DNA of 64,000 nt from Paludibacteraceae bacterium (GTDB lineage: Bacteria > Bacteroidota > Bacteroidia > Bacteroidales > Paludibacteraceae), in NCBI GenBank assembly GCA_045601825.1, contig JAZSAI010000033.1:57946-121945 (forward strand). The letters run 5' to 3'. Within the stretch, counting starts at the first letter, position 1, and every line of letters begins with the position of its first letter. Both the position numbers and the translations under genes were made by a program. The notes under the pieces were generated by a model. The model did no database searches and was not told where the DNA came from. It worked only from the letters and a program-made list of their open reading frames with translations. Shown here piece by piece: positions 59,955-64,000 of the stretch.

Positions 59955-62900
59955 TTTTTCTTTCTCCTATTTTTGAGGTACTCTTTCAACTTGTGAATAC
60001 AAACGAAGAAGAAAGGCACTAATACTATTCCAACTGTGATAGCCACCAACATGCCGAAGAATACACCGATACCGATACTCTGACGGCTGGCAGAGCCAGG
60101 ACCAGTAGCCCATACTAGCGGTAGCATGCCCAATATAAAGGTCAGCGAGGTCATCACGATAGGGCGGAATCGTAGGGTAGCAGCGTGTATGGCTGCTTGT
60201 ACTACCTCCACGCCATTCTGTACCTGCTCCTGTGCAAATTCTACGATAAGAATAGCATTTTTAGCTGCCAAACCAATGAGCATCACTAATCCGATTTGGA
60301 AATAAATATTATTCTCTATTCCGCAAATGGCTATACCAACGAAAGCACCCAAACAAGCAATAGGCAATGATAGCAGTACAGCCAATGGCACAGACCAACT
60401 CTCGTATTGAGCTGCTAAGAAAAGGAAGACAAAGAGAAATGCTAACAGGATGACTATACCTGTTTGTCCGCTCTGTTGCTTCTCTTGGAATGAGAATCCA
60501 CTCCATTCCACACCTGCCTCTTGTGGTAATCGTTCGCGTACAATCTCCTCCAGCACATCCATCGCTTGTCCCGAACTATAGCCATTGGCGGCTTCGCCAG
60601 TGATTGAAGCGGCATAGTACATATTGAAGCGTTTGATAGTACCAGGACCTGTAGTATAGGTGGTCGTGCCGAGCGAAGTAATAGGTATCATTTGTCCACC
60701 ATTGCCCTTCACGAAGTAGAGGTTCATATTATTGCGGTGTGCACGATAGCGCTCATCGGCTTGCAGATAGACGCGATAGACACGATTGAAAAGGTTGAAA
60801 TCATTGACATATACAGAGCCCGTGTAGGTCTTCATCGTGGTGAAGATATCTGCTACAGATACACCCATAAGTTTAGCCATATCACGATCCACATTGATAT
60901 AGAGTTGAGGTATCTCATCCTGCATTGAGGAAGATACACGCGCCAACTCTTTGCGTTGCGAAGCATAGTGTAGTAGAGTATCGGCGGCTGCTTGCAAGTC
61001 ACCATAAGTCATATTTCCTTTGGCCTCAATAGCCATCTCAAAGCCGCCCGATGATCCCAGTCCAGGGATTACAGGTGGAGAGTTGAGATAAACTTTTGCC
61101 TCTGGATATTGGCTTAAGTGCTCGCGTACAATCTCCATCGTCTGACTCAGGTCTTTCTCCTTGCGCTCGTCCCATGGGTGCATGATGACAGTGAGTTGGC
61201 TATGCGACTGGCTGGTACCTAATCTAGGACTGCTACCCGTCACATTTAGCACATGCTCCACATCGGGTAGAGTCATTAGGTACTCCATCGCGCGATTAGT
61301 CACTTCACGAGTACGCTCCAGCGATGCGCCTTCTGGTAACTCCAACTCTACCGTGAAATAGCCTTGGTCTTCGCTCGGAATGAAACTCTGTGGAATAAAC
61401 CGCATCATCACAAAGATAAGCACTATGCTGACAATATAGCCGCTGAAAATACGTTTGGGGTGTGCTACGGCACGGCGTATCATATTACCATACACCACAT
61501 TACCTTTGTCCAACCAGCGGTTGATAGCACGGAAGAGTGCATTCTTTGGGGTTTCTAAATGTGCAGGGCGCAAGAATTTGGAGCACATAACAGGGCTTAA
61601 TGTTAGCGCCACCACGGTGGAGATAATCACAGACACTGCAATGGTAATGGTAAACTGACGATAGAGCATGCCTGATATGCCTGATAAGAAACTCACAGGC
61701 ACAAAGACGGCGCAGAGCACTAGCGAAGTGGCTATCAGTGCCCCACCGATATTGCGCATCGCTTTTTTGGTGGCTTCATAGGGGGTGAGATGCTCGGTTC
61801 GCATCAACATATCCACACTCTCTACCACTACGATAGCGTCATCCACCACTGTGCCGATAGCCAGCACTAATCCCAAGAGAGTCAGCGTGTTGAGTGTGAA
61901 CCCGAAAGCCAACATTACGCCGAAAGTACCTATCAGCGAGATAGGCACGGCGATAGCGGGAATTAGCGTAGCACGCCAACTTTGTAGTGAGAGGAATACC
62001 ACCAAAATGACTAACAATAATGCTTCGAAAAGCGTCTTATATACCTCGTTGATAGACTGCGAGATATAATCGGTCATGTCAAATGGAATGTCGTATGTGA
62101 TACCTTGAGGAAAACGTTTGCTGATTTCCTTCATGGTTTTCTTAACTTGTTTGGATACCTGCATGGCATTCATGCCTGGCAACATCTTGATTTCAAGCAC
62201 AGCAGCGTTCTCACCATTGATACCACTCTCTGTGGTGTACGATTGTGCCTCTAATGCTACATCTGCCACATCGCGCAGACGCAGAATTGAACCATCGCTA
62301 TTGGCTTTGATAACAATGTCCTCAAACTCGTTGATGTTCGATAATCGTCCGCGGGCTACAATAGGGATAGTGATATCGATGCCCTCCATCGGTTGCTGTC
62401 CCATTACACCAGCTGCCGACTCGCGGTTCTGCTCCTTGATGGCATTGGTCACATCCTGCACTGTCAATCCCATAGCTGCCAAACTCTCAGGACGAACTTT
62501 GATTTGCATGGCGTAGTAGCGACTACCAATATTGGAAACTTGACCCACACCATTCACACGACGCAGCGCGTCCAGCACATTCAGTGTGGCGTAGTTACTC
62601 AGATATATCTCATCAAACTTGGGGTCATTGGATTTGAGCGTGATAGTCATCAGTTTGCTTGATGCTTGCTTGTCAATGGAAATACCATTTTGCACCACCT
62701 CTTGCGGTAGGCGGGCTTCGGCATCTTTCACCCGATTTTGCACCTCCACTGCTGCTAAGTCAGCATCGGTGTCAATGTCAAAAGTCAACGTGGCGGAGAA
62801 GGTTCCATTGTTCGAACTGCGAGATTCCATATACAACATACCTGGTGTACCATTCAGCACCTGTTCAATAGGTGTAGCTACAGCTTGCGATACTGTTTCT

Positions 62901-63064
62901 GCACCTGCGCCAGGGTATGATGCCGACACTTTCACCACAGGAGGGACTATATTAGGGTATTGGTCAATAGGCAATAATGCCAAACCAATACATCCCACCA
63001 GCACGATGATGATGGAGATGACAGTAGAGAATATCGGTCTATCTATAAAAAAATCACTCTTCAT
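59951..63064 (-). CDS. RND multidrug efflux permease (AcrB/MexB type)
   Basis: 1037 aa, FFIDRPIFSTVISIIIVLVG N-terminus, 12 TM with two large periplasmic loops. Confidence 0.95.
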   Translation of the reverse strand: MKSDFFIDRPIFSTVISIIIVLVGCIGLALLPIDQYPNIVPPVVKVSASYPGAGAETVSQAVATPIEQVLNGTPGMLYMESRSSNNGTFSATLTFDIDTDADLAAVEVQNRVKDAEARLPQEVVQNGISIDKQASSKLMTITLKSNDPKFDEIYLSNYATLNVLDALRRVNGVGQVSNIGSRYYAMQIKVRPESLAAMGLTVQDVTNAIKEQNRESAAGVMGQQPMEGIDITIPIVARGRLSNINEFEDIVIKANSDGSILRLRDVADVALEAQSYTTESGINGENAAVLEIKMLPGMNAMQVSKQVKKTMKEISKRFPQGITYDIPFDMTDYISQSINEVYKTLFEALLLVILVVFLSLQSWRATLIPAIAVPISLIGTFGVMLAFGFTLNTLTLLGLVLAIGTVVDDAIVVVESVDMLMRTEHLTPYEATKKAMRNIGGALIATSLVLCAVFVPVSFLSGISGMLYRQFTITIAVSVIISTVVALTLSPVMCSKFLRPAHLETPKNALFRAINRWLDKGNVVYGNMIRRAVAHPKRIFSGYIVSIVLIFVMMRFIPQSFIPSEDQGYFTVELELPEGASLERTREVTNRAMEYLMTLPDVEHVLNVTGSSPRLGTSQSHSQLTVIMHPWDERKEKDLSQTMEIVREHLSQYPEAKVYLNSPPVIPGLGSSGGFEMAIEAKGNMTYGDLQAAADTLLHYASQRKELARVSSSMQDEIPQLYINVDRDMAKLMGVSVADIFTTMKTYTGSVYVNDFNLFNRVYRVYLQADERYRAHRNNMNLYFVKGNGGQMIPITSLGTTTYTTGPGTIKRFNMYYAASITGEAANGYSSGQAMDVLEEIVRERLPQEAGVEWSGFSFQEKQQSGQTGIVILLAFLFVFLFLAAQYESWSVPLAVLLSLPIACLGAFVGIAICGIENNIYFQIGLVMLIGLAAKNAILIVEFAQEQVQNGVEVVQAAIHAATLRFRPIVMTSLTFILGMLPLVWATGPGSASRQSIGIGVFFGMLVAITVGIVLVPFFFVCIHKLKEYLKNRRKKK

Positions 63065-64000
63065 CTGTAGTCTTGTTTACGATATTAACTTGCATACCAT
63101 GTGAGAGTTTGTGGAAACCCTCTACGATAATCATCTCATCTCTACCTAAACCGCGCTCTACCACCACTTTGTTCGGAATCTCTGGTCCGAGTTCAATGAA
63201 ACGCTTCTCCACAATATTATCTTGGCGCACCACAAAGACAAATGCACCACCTTTCTCAATCACCAAGGCCTTTGTGGGGACCACGATAGCATCTTCGCGC
63301 ACATCCAACAGCAGTCGCACACGGGTCAACTGACCTGGCAATAGGATATGGTCAGGGTTAGGCATCTGCGCACGCACAGAGAAGGTGCCTGTGTTGGGAT
63401 CTACTTGTGGGTCAGCAAAATCCACAATACCTATAAAAGGATATTCTGTGTTGTCTGCTAGCGTGATAGTGATGTATGGGTTCCAATTGCGCTCTTCTAT
63501 TTTCTGTCCGAGTTTTACATTTCGCTCCTTGCTACGTAGATAGTCCAAACCAGTCATGCTGAAGTTTACTTGCACGGTATCGCTATTGACAATCGTTGCT
63601 AGGAGTGATTTTCCGCCAGGTCCTACCAGCGTACCAATGTCTGCACTACTCTCGCTGATAAAACCTGAGATAGGCGAACGAACGGTGGTGTAACTCAGCG
63701 CAATCTCGGCTTGCACTAAGTCGGCTTCGCTCATGATTACTTCAGCTTTAGCGCTCTCATAGGCAGCAATAGCGTTGTCCAAATCAAGCTTGCTGGCTGC
63801 ATTCTGCTCGTATAGCGGTTGGATACGCGCCAAGTTGCGCTCCGCTTTTTGTGCATTAGCTTGATTCTTATTGAGTTGTGCTTTTGCTTTCTCTACACGT
63901 GCTCGGTAGAGCTTAGGGTCGATGGTGAAGAGAATATCATTCTTCTCCACATATCCACCTTCCGAGAAATGCATGCGCTCCAAATAACCCTCCACGCGTG
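63054..64000 (-). CDS. RND efflux periplasmic adaptor (membrane-fusion protein), 5' end beyond window
   Basis: Frame open to the window edge. Lipoyl, coiled-coil and beta-barrel MFP pattern (...VRSPISGFISE...). Overlaps the pump start by 11 nt. Confidence 0.88.
   Translation of the reverse strand, partial: RVEGYLERMHFSEGGYVEKNDILFTIDPKLYRARVEKAKAQLNKNQANAQKAERNLARIQPLYEQNAASKLDLDNAIAAYESAKAEVIMSEADLVQAEIALSYTTVRSPISGFISESSADIGTLVGPGGKSLLATIVNSDTVQVNFSMTGLDYLRSKERNVKLGQKIEERNWNPYITITLADNTEYPFIGIVDFADPQVDPNTGTFSVRAQMPNPDHILLPGQLTRVRLLLDVREDAIVVPTKALVIEKGGAFVFVVRQDNIVEKRFIELGPEIPNKVVVERGLGRDEMIIVEGFHKLSHGMQVNIVNKTTDEE

Noticed and set aside
1-64000. tRNA, rRNA, tmRNA or riboswitch genes.
   Set aside because: No cloverleaf-compatible segments, rRNA-like stretches or recognisable riboswitch cores were seen in the intergenic regions. 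The structured intergenic sequences all belong to the word/hairpin families or are terminators. This was checked by eye only, not with tRNAscan/Infernal.

Overview
The 64-kb window looks like chromosomal DNA from a Bacteroidota genome, probably Prevotellaceae-like. Support for this is SusC/SusD pairs, TAnnTTTG -7 promoter boxes and lipoprotein-rich glycan genes. I recognise about 53 protein genes and no rRNA, tRNA, CRISPR array, integrase or transposase.

Gene content, left to right:
- A beta-1,4-galactan utilisation locus: susC, susD, a CBM-like surface protein, GH53, GH2 and galK.
- Housekeeping genes: gcvT, pepT, serC, pdxA, alaS, def, mntP, cinA.
- An orphan secreted trypsin-like protease with a barrel-like C-terminus.
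- A GtrA / GH3-amido-synthetase / DMT string, followed by a tight three-gene steroid 5-alpha-reductase / OYE flavoreductase / SDR operon. This operon is a candidate bile-acid or steroid delta4-reduction cluster.
- A scrambled accessory islet at about 32-39 kb. It holds AAA-ATPase genes and fragments, a FemAB-like gene with a duplicated 3' remnant, and an AbiEi/AbiEii abortive-infection pair wedged between DUF354 and wecB.
- A TetR-controlled SDR / ALDH / acyl-CoA-ligase group.
- MATE and Na/Pi transporters.
- An RND efflux operon, with the adaptor gene cut by the window end.

The most unusual signal is not a gene. At least 18 gene junctions are built from phased short 'word' arrays with 7-, 8- or 11-nt periods. 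These are often interleaved with tiny stem-loops of 2-6 bp stems and GAA/AAA/GAAA-type loops, where the stems co-vary while the flanks stay constant. The same array families also occur in frame inside conserved enzymes (ALDH, WecB, CinA, a FemAB-like protein, MATE, DMT), where they encode extra loop segments. I do not recognise this as a described repeat class.
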